The position numbers and the translations under genes were made by a program. Source: a virus (Duplodnaviria > Caudoviricetes). From it: DNA of 42,218 nt. Shown piece by piece: positions 32,083 to 42,218 of the stretch. Below the pieces are notes generated by a model. It did no database searches and had not been told where the DNA came from. It saw only the letters and a program-made list of their open reading frames with translations. Positions within the stretch are counted from its first letter, which is position 1. Each line of letters starts with the position of its first letter. The stretch spans positions 1 through 42,218 of IMG/VR virus record IMGVR_UViG_3300025287_000004. The stretch is one strand, 5' to 3'.

Positions 32083-33749
32083 GTGACGATATCCGCCGTG
32101 GAGAAGGTGACATCGACGCGGACGATCTCGGCATCCAGCGGGACGTTGGCGCCGCTCGTCACCTGCACAGCCGGCGCCAGGGTGTAGCCGGACCCGCCGA
32201 CCGACCGCCAGGATTCCTGCGTGGTCGGTGTGGTGGTCTCGCCCCAGACGCTCTCGCCCCATGTCGCATCGCCCCATGTCGAAGACGAGAGCACCAGCGT
32301 GGCATCCGGCGGCGTCGGCAGTTGCGTCTGATAATCGAACTGCACCGACACCTGATCGCGAACCGGGATGGATGAGCGAATGGTGGCGCGGGCAAGATCG
32401 GCGATCTTGAGCGACCCCGGCGATTTCAGATCGTCGAAGAGCGGCAGATAGCGGGCGGTATAGGCCGCACCCTCGTCAAGGCCGGTGATGTTGGCCTCGA
32501 CCACGCGGCCATCCTGCGAGCCGAAGAACATGCGCTCCTTGAAGACCTCAAGGCAGGTCGCATCCCATCCCGTGTATTTTGCCCATGCGCCGGTTCGGGA
32601 ATTGGCGACGTAGACCTCTGCGGATGTCTCGGCGACGGTTGGCGGGGCGACCACGACCATCTGGTTCGTCGGCCACACCTCGCACTTCCACTCAGCGCCC
32701 GAGCGACGTGCGACAGCGTCATTCCATGCCGTTTCGATCGGGAAGGATACGGCAGCCGGGGAGAGCGCCGCATAGTCGCGCTGGATGGCCTGTGAGAGCG
32801 GAACGAAGCCCACGTCGGTCGCAATGACCAGATCGCCGCCGGCTCGAATGTGCGCGCTCTTTCCGAGCGGGCGACCAACGCGATAGACGCCGACAATCTG
32901 CCAGTTCGCCGCGTCGGTCGGGTCGTCGCCATTGTAAACGGCGACCTCGCCCTCTGTCGTGACCATGATGCACTTCGCGGCCAGACCATCGCCGGCCTCG
33001 ATCGACCACGATGCGCCGAACAGAAGCGAGCCGCCGCGATTGAACACCGCACCCATCGGGAATACGGCGGCCTCGCCACCGATGGAATCCACCGGCAGGT
33101 AATAGGCGTCGAGGCTTTCGGCCTTGATGAACCACAGGCGGTTCTTGTGCGACCAGACGTAGGATAACTCGTCCGCCGTCGTCGTGTCGCCGACCGCGAA
33201 TGTGATGGCCGGCGTGGTGTCGAAAGTCGTGCCGTCATAGACGAAAGGCGTGTCGGCGCCATTGACGCCCCGCAGGAACACCCCGCCGCCGTTGGAGAAC
33301 TGCGTCACGATCCATTCGCCGCCCGACAACCCCGTCATGACCTCAAGGCCAACCGTCGAGCTTTCGCCGAAATTGTCGCCGCCATCCGTGACGAGAAGAT
33401 CGTCCTCGTCCGTCGCGAGCGCGTAGTTGAACGGCGTGAGGATGACGCTGATGTCGTAGATCGCGCTGGCCGTGCTGGAGAACAGCGTCTCGACCGCGCC
33501 GTTCTTGTAGGAGAAGATCGACGTGACCGGCAGGGACTCATCGCCAAGCGTGGCATAGAGCCCGCTGCCGCGGCGCATGATGGCGCCTGTCGCGGTCGGA
33601 AACCAGTTCTCCAGCACCGCCGCGCCCGGGGGCGCCTGATTGGCGTTCGGCTGGGCCAGATTGCGGTTGGCCGTCCAGCCGCCGATGGGCGCGGGGAACG
33701 AGAACAGACGTGACGTGCGCGGCTTTGGCCGATTGACCGGCGTCCTCAT
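32079..33749 (-). CDS. Tail nozzle / DNA stabilisation protein
   Basis: 556 aa, beta-rich; follows the adaptor. Confidence 0.75.
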   Translation of the reverse strand: MRTPVNRPKPRTSRLFSFPAPIGGWTANRNLAQPNANQAPPGAAVLENWFPTATGAIMRRGSGLYATLGDESLPVTSIFSYKNGAVETLFSSTASAIYDISVILTPFNYALATDEDDLLVTDGGDNFGESSTVGLEVMTGLSGGEWIVTQFSNGGGVFLRGVNGADTPFVYDGTTFDTTPAITFAVGDTTTADELSYVWSHKNRLWFIKAESLDAYYLPVDSIGGEAAVFPMGAVFNRGGSLLFGASWSIEAGDGLAAKCIMVTTEGEVAVYNGDDPTDAANWQIVGVYRVGRPLGKSAHIRAGGDLVIATDVGFVPLSQAIQRDYAALSPAAVSFPIETAWNDAVARRSGAEWKCEVWPTNQMVVVAPPTVAETSAEVYVANSRTGAWAKYTGWDATCLEVFKERMFFGSQDGRVVEANITGLDEGAAYTARYLPLFDDLKSPGSLKIADLARATIRSSIPVRDQVSVQFDYQTQLPTPPDATLVLSSSTWGDATWGESVWGETTTPTTQESWRSVGGSGYTLAPAVQVTSGANVPLDAEIVRVDVTFSTADIVT

Positions 33750-34441
33750 TGGCCGAGAACCCCAGGATAGGCGACGCTGACACCAGCCGGAATGCGCGGG
33801 GCACCTTCGGCGATGATCTGCGAGCCCTTGTCGGACGCGATCTCCTGCGACAGCGCCAACTCATAGTTCCGCATGTCCTCGGCGTATTCGAGGCCCTTCC
33901 ATGCACGCCAGCGCCAGATGACGCCCAACGTCAGGACGCGCTCGTTGAGCCGGAACGTGTCGGTGTCGCTGGTGAATTCCTCCTTGGCCGCGCCGGCTTC
34001 GGAGAGCACCACATTCTTGCTCTGGTAGTAGAACTGGACGTTCGTCCCGGTCGGAACGGTCGGCCATATCTGCATCTGACCACCGAGCAAGATCCACCAG
34101 CCGGGCGCGCCGGACGTGGAGAACTGCTGGAGGTCGTACCATTCGTTGAGCGTCTTGGCGGGGCTGTAGAACATGCCGGGCCAAGAGGTCGACCACACAC
34201 GAATGGCGCGCGGCAGCCGGTCGAAGTCGGTCGGCAGGTCGAAGGCCACGCCATCGTAGCCAATGAGCGTGCCGAGCGTCGTCAGCGCACGCCAGTCATG
34301 CCCGCCGACGATGTCCTTCACCACGTCGTTCGCGAGGGTCGTCAGTTCGACCTCGATCCCGTCCGTTGCGGAGAAGAACGTCGTCGGCTTCTGCCCGACA
34401 AGGCGGACAGTGGCAGACTGGAGTGCGCTGAGCAGGGTCAT
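33746..34441 (-). CDS. Head-tail adaptor protein
   Basis: 'FDLPTDFDR', 'QIWP.VP', 'KGLEY'; synteny. Confidence 0.72.
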   Translation of the reverse strand: MTLLSALQSATVRLVGQKPTTFFSATDGIEVELTTLANDVVKDIVGGHDWRALTTLGTLIGYDGVAFDLPTDFDRLPRAIRVWSTSWPGMFYSPAKTLNEWYDLQQFSTSGAPGWWILLGGQMQIWPTVPTGTNVQFYYQSKNVVLSEAGAAKEEFTSDTDTFRLNERVLTLGVIWRWRAWKGLEYAEDMRNYELALSQEIASDKGSQIIAEGAPRIPAGVSVAYPGVLGQ

Positions 34442-35175
34442 CAGGCGGCCTCGTCAGGCTTCTTGGCGAGCTTGGCGTTGATTTCGTCCGCCATGCCGAC
34501 CAGCGTGTCCTTGTTCGGATTGCCGCGCGGGCGCTCGCCGGTCGCTTCCTCGATCCAGTTCTTGATGTCGTCCTTCTCCATGTCGTCGAAGGGCGATGCC
34601 GCGCGCTCGTCGGCCTTCTTGTCCTTGGCCTGCGAAGCGTTCTTGGCGTCCTGCTTCATCTCCTCGACGAGCTGGCGCAGCTTCTCGTTCTCGCTGGCAA
34701 GGCGGGTCGTGTCGGCCGACGCCGCGGCGTTGTCGAGATAGGCTTGGGCCATGTTCTTCAGCTCGCGCCCGCCCATGCCGAGGTTCTTCAGCGGCTGGCC
34801 GTCGAGCGAGGCGAGGGTTTCGGCGGTGTGGATGTTCAGCGCCTTCAGTTCGAGGCGCTTGCCCTGCGTCAGGAACGGCAGCTCCTCGACGGGCGTGCCG
34901 GTCTGCGACTGCGAGCTGTTGGCCTTGAACCGCTTGTACTGCTCGTTGAAGCGCATGGCGTAGGTAACGGGTTCGCGCATGCCATTCGGCTGGTCGACCC
35001 ACTTCCAGACCGCGTGCGCGGGGAAGACGCCTGTCGTCTGCTTGTTGGCGGCGAGCTTGATCTCGACGATCTCCAGATCCGTGTAGATCGGACGGCCTTC
35101 CTTGGCGGTGGCTGTCTTGTCGATCTTGGAGTGGACCTTGAAAATCGGCACTACGAGGTTTTCGGGTTCGGCCAT
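34441..35175 (-). CDS. Hypothetical protein of the head module
   Basis: AAGGA RBS; HhH-like 'LKALNIHTAETLASL' and charged tail. Confidence 0.7.
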   Translation of the reverse strand: MAEPENLVVPIFKVHSKIDKTATAKEGRPIYTDLEIVEIKLAANKQTTGVFPAHAVWKWVDQPNGMREPVTYAMRFNEQYKRFKANSSQSQTGTPVEELPFLTQGKRLELKALNIHTAETLASLDGQPLKNLGMGGRELKNMAQAYLDNAAASADTTRLASENEKLRQLVEEMKQDAKNASQAKDKKADERAASPFDDMEKDDIKNWIEEATGERPRGNPNKDTLVGMADEINAKLAKKPDEAA

Positions 35176-35208
35176 CGGCTCGGTTCCTTGTCTGAGAAGG
35201 GCGCAAAG

Positions 35209-35232
35209 AAAAAGGCGGCCCGGAAGCCGCCC
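35209..35232 (-). terminator. Intrinsic terminator after the capsid/decoration genes
   Basis: GGGCGGC-TTCCGG-GCCGCC-TTTTT. Confidence 0.8.
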
Positions 35233-35252
35233 CTCATGTCATGCCTGCGGGA

Positions 35253-35549
35253 TTAGATGGCTGTTCGCTTCAGCCATGCGTATTCCCCGGAGGGAACACC
35301 CCCGGTAATCGTCGGCGAGGTCCATGCCCCCGCGCCAGTGGCGAAGGTCATCGCCGGCTCGGTCAGGATGACGACAGCGCCGGAGGCGACCGCCGCAGAG
35401 GAAACCGCGAACACGTAGTCGTGGCCGTCATCTGCCTTGACGACAGTGCCGATAGCCGGCGTCGCCGTGGCCGAATTGGCGTCGTAGTAGGGCTTGGGAC
35501 CGACATAGGTGAGGTCGATGCCAAGCGAGGGGGTGATATGCTTGACCAT
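35253..35549 (-). CDS. Putative capsid decoration protein
   Basis: 98 aa, small-residue-rich, directly after the capsid gene; GGAG RBS. Confidence 0.65.
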   Translation of the reverse strand: MVKHITPSLGIDLTYVGPKPYYDANSATATPAIGTVVKADDGHDYVFAVSSAAVASGAVVILTEPAMTFATGAGAWTSPTITGGVPSGEYAWLKRTAI

Positions 35550-35607
35550 TGGTCATTCTCCATGATGGGGACGAAGGGATGGAAGAGCGGGCCGGAGCCC
35601 GCCCCTG

Positions 35608-36627
35608 TTAGGTCGCCGGGTCGCTGTCGTAGAAGCGCCAGGTGAAGAGCGGATTGACCATGGTCAGCTCGCCCATGAAGCCGATGTACTGGACGACTGC
35701 GTCCTGATTGATCGGCTTCATCCCCTCGCCTTCGAACAGCTTGGAGAAGTTGCGGCTCGGGTTGTACCGCATCCGCAAGCTGCTGGTGTCGAGGCCGTAG
35801 GTCGTGTTCGCCGGCATGGACGAACCGATGCCGCCGGCCTGGACGATGTCCGCGGTGCGCCCGGCGCCGTAGTACTTCAGCGACTGGAAGCCCAGCTTGC
35901 CCATCGAGTTTTCATCGTTGATGCGCTGGATCGCCACGGTGGCGGCGTCGTAGGCGGCGTAATGCTCCGGCGACATGAGCAGGAGATCGGCACCGCTGCG
36001 ATTGCGGGACCGCTGCGTCATGATCTGGTTGAGCATCGGGCGGATGGTGGTCGAACTGACCTGCGTGCCGATGGCCGGGAAGTCCGTATCGGCGTCGAAG
36101 GTCGAGGTGCGCCAGATGCTGTTGTCGGCACGCGAGATGCCGCCGTAGGTGCCGGCGTCTTCGACGATCGGAACCGCCAGCGCGAGGCCGCCGAGTTCCT
36201 TGCCACCGAAGCCGGTGCCATCGGAGTGGATCGCTTCCTCCATGGTGTCCATCAGCGAACGCTCGGCGGCGTCGATGTAGGACTCCATGACATCCATGAT
36301 CTGGTTGGTGCCCTGGTTGTTCAGGATCTCCTCGTAGGAGAGCGTGATGGGCGTCGCCACCATCTTCGGCGTGAAGTAGGCGTCGTTGAACAGCTCGATG
36401 GGAGCGTTCGCCAGGAGATCATATCCGGCGTACCACTGGCCGTCCGGCTTGGCGATCTGGAGCGTCTCGCGGATGCGCGGGCCGGAATATTCCTTCCAGA
36501 GGCCCTTGCGCTTCAGAATGGCGAGAAGCGGGTTGGAGTTCGAAACGAGGTCCTGATAGCCGCTGGAGCGATCCTCCAGAGCCATCGACAGCACCTGCTG
36601 GTAGTGCGTGATCGGGTTGATGGGCAT
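35608..36627 (-). CDS. Major capsid protein
   Basis: 339 aa after the scaffold; AGGA RBS; 'TYGGISR...WR' and 'GELT..N' motifs. Confidence 0.85.
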   Translation of the reverse strand: MPINPITHYQQVLSMALEDRSSGYQDLVSNSNPLLAILKRKGLWKEYSGPRIRETLQIAKPDGQWYAGYDLLANAPIELFNDAYFTPKMVATPITLSYEEILNNQGTNQIMDVMESYIDAAERSLMDTMEEAIHSDGTGFGGKELGGLALAVPIVEDAGTYGGISRADNSIWRTSTFDADTDFPAIGTQVSSTTIRPMLNQIMTQRSRNRSGADLLLMSPEHYAAYDAATVAIQRINDENSMGKLGFQSLKYYGAGRTADIVQAGGIGSSMPANTTYGLDTSSLRMRYNPSRNFSKLFEGEGMKPINQDAVVQYIGFMGELTMVNPLFTWRFYDSDPAT

Positions 36628-36649
36628 TGTGACTCTTTCCTAAGAGAAG

Positions 36650-37831
36650 TCAGCTCGCCTGCGCCGCAGCGCGTTTCAGAGCTTCCTTGATGGATGACGA
36701 CGGCTGCGCGTTCGGTCGGGATGCCCCGTTCGAAGGTGCGCCGCTGACTGACTTTGATCCCTTGAGGGTATGAGCCTCGGGCGTCGGTTCGGGCTGGGTC
36801 TGAGCCAGTGCCGGTTGTGGGGCAGGAGCCGGGTTGAGCCGTTCGGCCAACTCGTAGGCTTCCTGCAAATCCTGTGTGCGACCGCTGTTCAGGAAGAACG
36901 CGATGTCTTCCGCCAGTTCGTCGAAGCGCGGCTTGTCCGCGGCGAAACGCTCGATCTGTTGCAGCGTCTCTTTTTCCTGAGATGTCTGCATTGAGGTCGT
37001 CACGCCGCCGAGCTGCTGTTTCAGGCCCGCGATTTCCTGACGCAGTTCGCGAAGCGTCGTTTCCTGCTGGACCGCGCCCTGTTCCGGCGTCTGGCCCATC
37101 AGTTGCGCGGCGAACTCGCGCGGGTTGATGCCGGCGTAGTCGAAGACCTGCTGGAGCCCCGCGAACTTCTCGTTCTGGTCGTGGCTGCCCAGCATCTTCT
37201 CAAGGCCGGTATAGCGGTCGAGCGCGTCCTTGACGGACGTGCCGTGCTGCTTGGCGAGATCCGCATAGGGCTTGATGGGCTCGTATTCCGCCCGGTACTT
37301 CTCGATCCCGCCTTCCAGCTCGCGCATGGCGCGGTGGACTTCGGCCTTGACCGGATCGGGCGCCGTCTCCCATGCAGCCTTGGCATCCTCGGAGAACCGC
37401 TTGGGTGGGTCACGGAAAGGAGAGGCCTGCTTGTCGGGTGCGTCGGTCGCCTTCGCCGTCTCGGTCGCGTCCTTGGGCTTCTCCTGCCCCTCGGCGGACT
37501 CTTTGGCCGCGAACTTCCCGGTCTCGTCGCGCTGCCGGGCTTCGGTCTCGACCGGCTTGGCCTTGTCCTTCGCCTCGGGCTTGTCGGTCTCCGGCTTTTC
37601 GGCCTTCTCGCGCAGGTCGGCCTCGGCCTTCTTCAGCGCATCGGAGACAGACCGCTTCGGCGCGGGCTCCTTGTCCTGGCCCTTCTCGTCGGCCTTCGGT
37701 TCGGGCTTGGCTTCCGGCTCCTTGACAGGAAGCTCGGCCTCGACCGGGTTGGGCGTCTGAACCGGCGTCTGTTCAACAGGCGCGTTCGAGGGCTCGGCGG
37801 CGGCGGGTGCCGCGTCGATGGTGTCGGACAT
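36650..37831 (-). CDS. Scaffolding protein
   Basis: Acidic Pro-rich N-terminus, 'RDETGKFA', coiled coils; between portal and capsid. Confidence 0.78.
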   Translation of the reverse strand: MSDTIDAAPAAAEPSNAPVEQTPVQTPNPVEAELPVKEPEAKPEPKADEKGQDKEPAPKRSVSDALKKAEADLREKAEKPETDKPEAKDKAKPVETEARQRDETGKFAAKESAEGQEKPKDATETAKATDAPDKQASPFRDPPKRFSEDAKAAWETAPDPVKAEVHRAMRELEGGIEKYRAEYEPIKPYADLAKQHGTSVKDALDRYTGLEKMLGSHDQNEKFAGLQQVFDYAGINPREFAAQLMGQTPEQGAVQQETTLRELRQEIAGLKQQLGGVTTSMQTSQEKETLQQIERFAADKPRFDELAEDIAFFLNSGRTQDLQEAYELAERLNPAPAPQPALAQTQPEPTPEAHTLKGSKSVSGAPSNGASRPNAQPSSSIKEALKRAAAQAS

Positions 37832-37855
37832 ATGAAGCTCCGTCTGAGGGATTGC

Positions 37856-38164
37856 TTACGAGACTTGCGCTACAGCCTTCTGAAGCGATTGGCGGATGCC
37901 CTGCCGGTCGGGCGCGGGCTTTGCCGCGGGCCGGCTGCGGGCCGGGTCGTTGCCGACCTCGACCATGCCGGCGGCGCGGTAGGTCTCCCGCAGCCGGCTC
38001 TTGCTGTCGTACATGCGGCCATCCAGCATCGACTGGACCGGCTCCATGCAGTCGCTGGCGATCATCGGTGCGGGAATGGACGAGCGGGCTGGGGTTGGCC
38101 GCTGGTATTCGTCAGCGGGCACGACGCGCTCTTGGCGCGCATCCCAGATGAAGCGTTCGCCCAT
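37856..38164 (-). CDS. Hypothetical protein
   Basis: 'SMLDGRMYDSKSRLR...VEVGND'; TGATG coupling. Confidence 0.75.
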   Translation of the reverse strand: MGERFIWDARQERVVPADEYQRPTPARSSIPAPMIASDCMEPVQSMLDGRMYDSKSRLRETYRAAGMVEVGNDPARSRPAAKPAPDRQGIRQSLQKAVAQVS

Positions 38165-38385
38165 CAGGCGGCCTCGTCTGCAATCGGCTGCTGCTTCGGA
38201 TTGAGCCGATACCCATCACAGCGCTGATACCGCATGGCCCCGTCATTCGGTCTGGTGCCGGTGCATATCCATTCGTGGCTGTAAAACGAGCCATGATCAT
38301 CCGCGAACAGGCGCCCGACCCGGCGAGTTGCAGGAGCGAAGCCATCACGGAAAACGATGGTGCCAATGGCGCAGTTGGTGTTCAT
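38164..38385 (-). CDS. Hypothetical protein
   Basis: GGAGG RBS, stop/start overlaps on both sides. Confidence 0.6.
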   Translation of the reverse strand: MNTNCAIGTIVFRDGFAPATRRVGRLFADDHGSFYSHEWICTGTRPNDGAMRYQRCDGYRLNPKQQPIADEAA

Positions 38386-40688
38386 TCCGCTGCCTCCGAC
38401 TGCTTGGCCTGCCGTTCCTTCAGCGCCGCACCGCGCTCGTTGAGATCGGCCTGCTGTTCAGCGCTCTCTGCCTGGATCTCGGCTGCCTGCGCCTGAGCGC
38501 CGGTCTGCACCTGCAAGCGCTGGATCTCGACGCGGAGCTTTTCGATCTCCAGCGCGCCCTTCTCCATGTCCTGCATGTGCTTCTGCTGGCCGGCTTCCAT
38601 GGTCGCGGTCATCTGCTGGAGCTTCGCCGCGGTCTCCGCCTGCTTGGCTTCGGCATCCACGCTCTTCATCTGCATGTCGGCCTGCATCTTCTGCATGTCG
38701 GCCTCGGCCTTGGTCTGAGCTTCCTGCTGGCGCATCTGGAGTTCGGCCTGCTTGGCTTCCATCTCCATCTTCAGGCGCTGCTGCTCGGTCGCCATCTCGG
38801 CCTGTGCCGCTGCCGCCGCAGGGTCTTCCTGCTGCTGGCCGCCAGCGTTCTTCATGGTCTCCACGAAATCGTCGATCGCACCATCAAGCTCACGGCCAGC
38901 ACGGAACGGCGCAACGGAGAACTTCAGCACCTCGCCGGCAAATGGCGCCATGGCCGGGTTCTGCTGAACTGCCGGACCCATCTGAGCCAGAAGCCCGGTG
39001 AGAACCTGCGTGAACTCGGTGCGCCGCTGCTTCTCGGCGTCCTCGTTCGGCTGGATGGTAGAGTCCGTCTCGATGTCGAGGACGAACGGACGCAGCCGCT
39101 GCTCGCGAAGGAGCGCCATCACCTTCTCGATGGTCGGCGTCTCGGCGAGTTCCTGCACCTGCTTCTGGATGGCCTGCAAGCGCCCCTGCGCCTGCTGCAT
39201 GATCTCCTGCGCCTTCTCCGGGTTCTGCTGAACCATCTGCTGGATTTCGGGGTCGGACTGCGCCTGCTGTAGCTGCGCCTCGATGCCCTGGCCCTCTTGC
39301 GTCAGGCCGGCGATCTGCTTCTTGATGTCCGCGTCGTTGGCAATATCCGACTGCGTCATCTCCAGCAGCGTCTTCTTGGAGAAGTTCTCGGCGATGATCT
39401 CCGCTGCGATGCGGCAGACATCACGCGCAACGCGGATCAGCTCGTTCTGCTTGTCGCGAATGCGCACGGAGCCGTACTGGCTCTTGAGTTCCTGCGCTCC
39501 CAGCGTCTCGTTGGCGTCGGTCGAGCCGCGCATGATGTCTGACAGGCCGGTGATCTGGTACACGTCGTCGATCAACTGCTTGCGAAGCTCGATGAGCTGG
39601 GCAATCGTCGAAACGATCATGTCGATTGGCAGCCAGACGATGGTGTCCTTGGCCGAGCCACCGCCGAACGCTGCGAAATTGGAGATCGGCACCAGAATAC
39701 GCCGGTTGTCGGTGTTGTGGATGGCCGCCTCGATGGCGTCGCCGATCTCGCCAGCACCAGCCGGATAGAAGCCCTTGACTTTGACACCCTCGGCCAGTGC
39801 CGAAATGCGGGCCGTCAGCTCGTTCACCTCTTCCAACTGGTCCTTGTAGAAGACCATGTCGGGGACGGGAATGAGCGAGCCACGCTGCACGGTGGCATAG
39901 GCAGGACGCGGGCACGGGTAGAAGCCTTCGAGCGACAGATGCGGCGCGCCCTCGTCGAGGACGATGTCGATGCCCTCGGTGACCCAGACGACCTTGTCCT
40001 CGTCCTTCGACCAGATCTCCCACACCGCGACCTTCTGGCGGTCATCGGCAGCACCGCGCTCTTTGGCGTCAGTCTGGACCTCGTAGGCAGCTTCCTTCAG
40101 TTTATCCTTGGGCACGTCCTTGAAGCGATCTTCCATTGCCTCATGGTCGAGCCATGCACGACGGGCAACCCAGCCCACTTCCTTCCACTTGCGCGCTGGC
40201 TCATGCAGGAAGTCGCGGCGATCGACATGCTCGATGCATACGCGCTCGCCCTTCTTGGTCTCATAGCGCACCCAGGGCACGCCACGGGCTGCGATGTTCA
40301 CGTCATCGCGGACCATCCGCATGACCTGGTCGATGTCCTCCATCTCGAACACGACATGCGAGGCGCGTTCGAGGAGTTCGGATGCGGCACCCGGCACCGG
40401 CTTGCGATCCTTGAACCGCGGCACGACGACAGGCACGGGAGGCCGGCTGTAGATCGACGGGCCGAGAACCTGGATATTCGCCCAGAACAGCGCAAACTCG
40501 CGATCACGCGCCGGGTTGGCCTTCATCGACAGGTCAGCATAGAGCTTGTCGATCTTGTCGGCCTTCTCCTGGTAATCGCGGAAGGTCTTCTCGGCCTGCG
40601 TGATCATGTCGAGCCACGGCTTGGACTTGCCGGCCTCGATCTGCTCTGCGCGCTCTTCCTCCTCCAGAGGTGTGTTGTCGTCGGTCAC
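38382..40688 (-). CDS. Portal protein
   Basis: 768 aa after terL; 'YQITGLSDIMRG...ETLGAQ'; Gln-rich C-terminal coiled coil. Confidence 0.87.
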   Translation of the reverse strand: MTDDNTPLEEEERAEQIEAGKSKPWLDMITQAEKTFRDYQEKADKIDKLYADLSMKANPARDREFALFWANIQVLGPSIYSRPPVPVVVPRFKDRKPVPGAASELLERASHVVFEMEDIDQVMRMVRDDVNIAARGVPWVRYETKKGERVCIEHVDRRDFLHEPARKWKEVGWVARRAWLDHEAMEDRFKDVPKDKLKEAAYEVQTDAKERGAADDRQKVAVWEIWSKDEDKVVWVTEGIDIVLDEGAPHLSLEGFYPCPRPAYATVQRGSLIPVPDMVFYKDQLEEVNELTARISALAEGVKVKGFYPAGAGEIGDAIEAAIHNTDNRRILVPISNFAAFGGGSAKDTIVWLPIDMIVSTIAQLIELRKQLIDDVYQITGLSDIMRGSTDANETLGAQELKSQYGSVRIRDKQNELIRVARDVCRIAAEIIAENFSKKTLLEMTQSDIANDADIKKQIAGLTQEGQGIEAQLQQAQSDPEIQQMVQQNPEKAQEIMQQAQGRLQAIQKQVQELAETPTIEKVMALLREQRLRPFVLDIETDSTIQPNEDAEKQRRTEFTQVLTGLLAQMGPAVQQNPAMAPFAGEVLKFSVAPFRAGRELDGAIDDFVETMKNAGGQQQEDPAAAAAQAEMATEQQRLKMEMEAKQAELQMRQQEAQTKAEADMQKMQADMQMKSVDAEAKQAETAAKLQQMTATMEAGQQKHMQDMEKGALEIEKLRVEIQRLQVQTGAQAQAAEIQAESAEQQADLNERGAALKERQAKQSEAAE

Positions 40689-42064
40689 AGGCGAATCCTT
40701 GTCCCACTGGCGGGCGACGGAGGCGGCGGGGGGATGACGTAGCCACGGGGCGGTTCGGCAACGGGCGCGGGCTTCTTCACCGGAGGCGCTATTCCCGCGT
40801 TGACCGCGAACTCTCCGAAGGCGTCCGCCCCGTGACTGTTCTCGTCATGCAGCGGGCCGAGATACGTGCCGAGCTGCTCGTTGAACTTGCGGGAGTAGCG
40901 ACGAAGCCGGGAGAGCCCGAGCATCACGCGCTTGGTCTGATGAAACTCGCAGATCGGCAGAAGCCGGCGGCTGGCGTTGATCCGCTCTTCCGGGTTCTGC
41001 GCCACACCGCGAGACATGGCATCGAGCGGGATGCCGAGAGCGTTGAGCGTCTGGATGCGCGTCCTGGCGCCAGCGCCCCACTCACGGTTGCCGATGTCAT
41101 GCGGCAGGAAGTGCTTGGCGTAGCGATAGGCCTTGGGCCGGCCCATCTCGACCAACTGCGATACGCGGTCCTGAAGATCCTCTGTGTATTCCGGCAGCGC
41201 CTCCGCGACGATGTCGTCTGCACCGAGGCCGCTCGCCTCGTAGTAGTCGATGACCCGCACGCGCTGGTCGATGATCTGGAGAAACCAGATGCAGGTGTAA
41301 TCGTCCACGCCCAGATCCCAGCCGGTGTAGACGGGATAGTTCGGATCGTATGGGTAGTACCCGACGCGCCCTGCCTTCTCGGCCGCCGCGATGTGCTTGG
41401 CGTAATAGGCGCCCTCGGTGATGATCTCGTAGCCGCCACCCCAGACGTGCTCTGCCATTTCGGGGTCGCTGGCGTAGTCCTGGTCCTTTTCGTCCACCAG
41501 CACCGAGGGAAACCAAGGATTGTCGTACCAGTTGACCGGGCAGACGACCGCGTTGTGCGGCTTCTCGCCACCGCGGAAGAACTTGTCGACAGCATCGGTG
41601 TCATGGCGCGGGTTCCACGAGAACCAGATTTCCGAGCCGTCCTTACGAATGGTCGGGCGCAACAGCCGCAGCGACTTGGCTGAGAAGGTCTGTGCCTCCT
41701 CCACCCAGGCGATGTCGAAATCCTCCAGCGACTTGATGTTCTCTGCGTTGTAGGACTGCATGCCCTTGAAGACGATCAGCGAGCCGTTCTTGCCCCTGAT
41801 CTCGCCTTCCAGCGCATCGAAGAACTCGCCCAGCCCCATCTTCTGGATCTTGTCGACGAGGAGCTGGCGAACCGATTCCTTCAGGCTGTTCTGCACCTCA
41901 CGAATGCAGACGGCGCGTGTCTTCTGGGCATAGCAGCGGATGATGATCTGCTCGGCGAAGAAGTGCGACTTCGCCCCGCCTCGCCCGCCATGCGCTCCCT
42001 TGTATCGAGCCGGTTGCAGAAGCGGTGCGAGCGCACGAGGAACATCAACGCTTAGGGTCGACAA
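40685..42064 (-). CDS. terL: Terminase large subunit (PBSX-like)
   Basis: Walker A 'GGRGGAKS', Walker B 'WVEEA', nuclease 'WDLG...SHGADAF'; probable TTG start at 42064 (frame open to 42124). Confidence 0.93.
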   Translation of the reverse strand: MSTLSVDVPRALAPLLQPARYKGAHGGRGGAKSHFFAEQIIIRCYAQKTRAVCIREVQNSLKESVRQLLVDKIQKMGLGEFFDALEGEIRGKNGSLIVFKGMQSYNAENIKSLEDFDIAWVEEAQTFSAKSLRLLRPTIRKDGSEIWFSWNPRHDTDAVDKFFRGGEKPHNAVVCPVNWYDNPWFPSVLVDEKDQDYASDPEMAEHVWGGGYEIITEGAYYAKHIAAAEKAGRVGYYPYDPNYPVYTGWDLGVDDYTCIWFLQIIDQRVRVIDYYEASGLGADDIVAEALPEYTEDLQDRVSQLVEMGRPKAYRYAKHFLPHDIGNREWGAGARTRIQTLNALGIPLDAMSRGVAQNPEERINASRRLLPICEFHQTKRVMLGLSRLRRYSRKFNEQLGTYLGPLHDENSHGADAFGEFAVNAGIAPPVKKPAPVAEPPRGYVIPPPPPSPASGTRIRL

Positions 42065-42218
42065 TTCGCTGCTCGATGCGCTCAAACCTGACCTCGCCAG
42101 AATGCTCATGGTCGCGCTTGTCACGCCACTCTGTCGGCTGGCGGTTCTTCAGCCAGAAGATGGCTGCCGTCGTGTCTGGTGCGACTTTCTCGCGGTACTC
42201 GGCATAAACCGGCGCGTC
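42045..42218 (-). CDS. terS: Terminase small subunit, 3' part
   Basis: In-frame continuation of 1-391; ends ...RIEQRIVDPKR*, overlapping the terL start. Confidence 0.88.
   Translation of the reverse strand, partial: DAPVYAEYREKVAPDTTAAIFWLKNRQPTEWRDKRDHEHSGEVRFERIEQRIVDPKR
42092..42218. repeat. Terminal direct repeat copy 2
   Basis: Identical to 1-127. Confidence 0.95.

Overview
The window is a complete, circular temperate phage genome of about 42.1 kb. Bases 1-127 equal 42092-42218, which looks like an assembly overlap, and the terminase small subunit gene runs across that junction. The phage is podovirus-like: portal, scaffold, capsid, adaptor, nozzle, ejection proteins and tailspike are present and no tape measure gene is seen. 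A GapR homologue, GTTC-N7-GTTC boxes and the tRNA fragment point to an alphaproteobacterial host. Organisation is lambdoid. A cI/cro switch with GTAGG-N5-CCTAC operators lies at ~10.1-11.3 kb. The minus-strand early operon carries two DNA methyltransferases, VRR-NUC, GapR, a HAD phosphatase, a truncated initiator, a DnaA-C-like HTH and a putative late regulator. The plus-strand early operon carries a nucleotidyltransferase, Rad52-like Sak, HNH, xis and int. attP holds the 5' half of tRNA-Ser(GCT). The minus-strand late operon runs from terminase to lysis and contains two reverse-oriented morons. The most unusual content is non-coding: (i) a repressor-controlled structured RNA ending in a G5-UA-G7 tract, in a phage whose initiator lacks a DNA-binding domain (candidate RNA-primed origin); (ii) a ~470-nt late leader of four tRNA-sized multibranch domains punctuated by a 23-nt repeat; (iii) a hairpin array with anti-Shine-Dalgarno loops. 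All product calls come from motif recognition by eye and all folds from manual pairing; no searches or folding programs were run.
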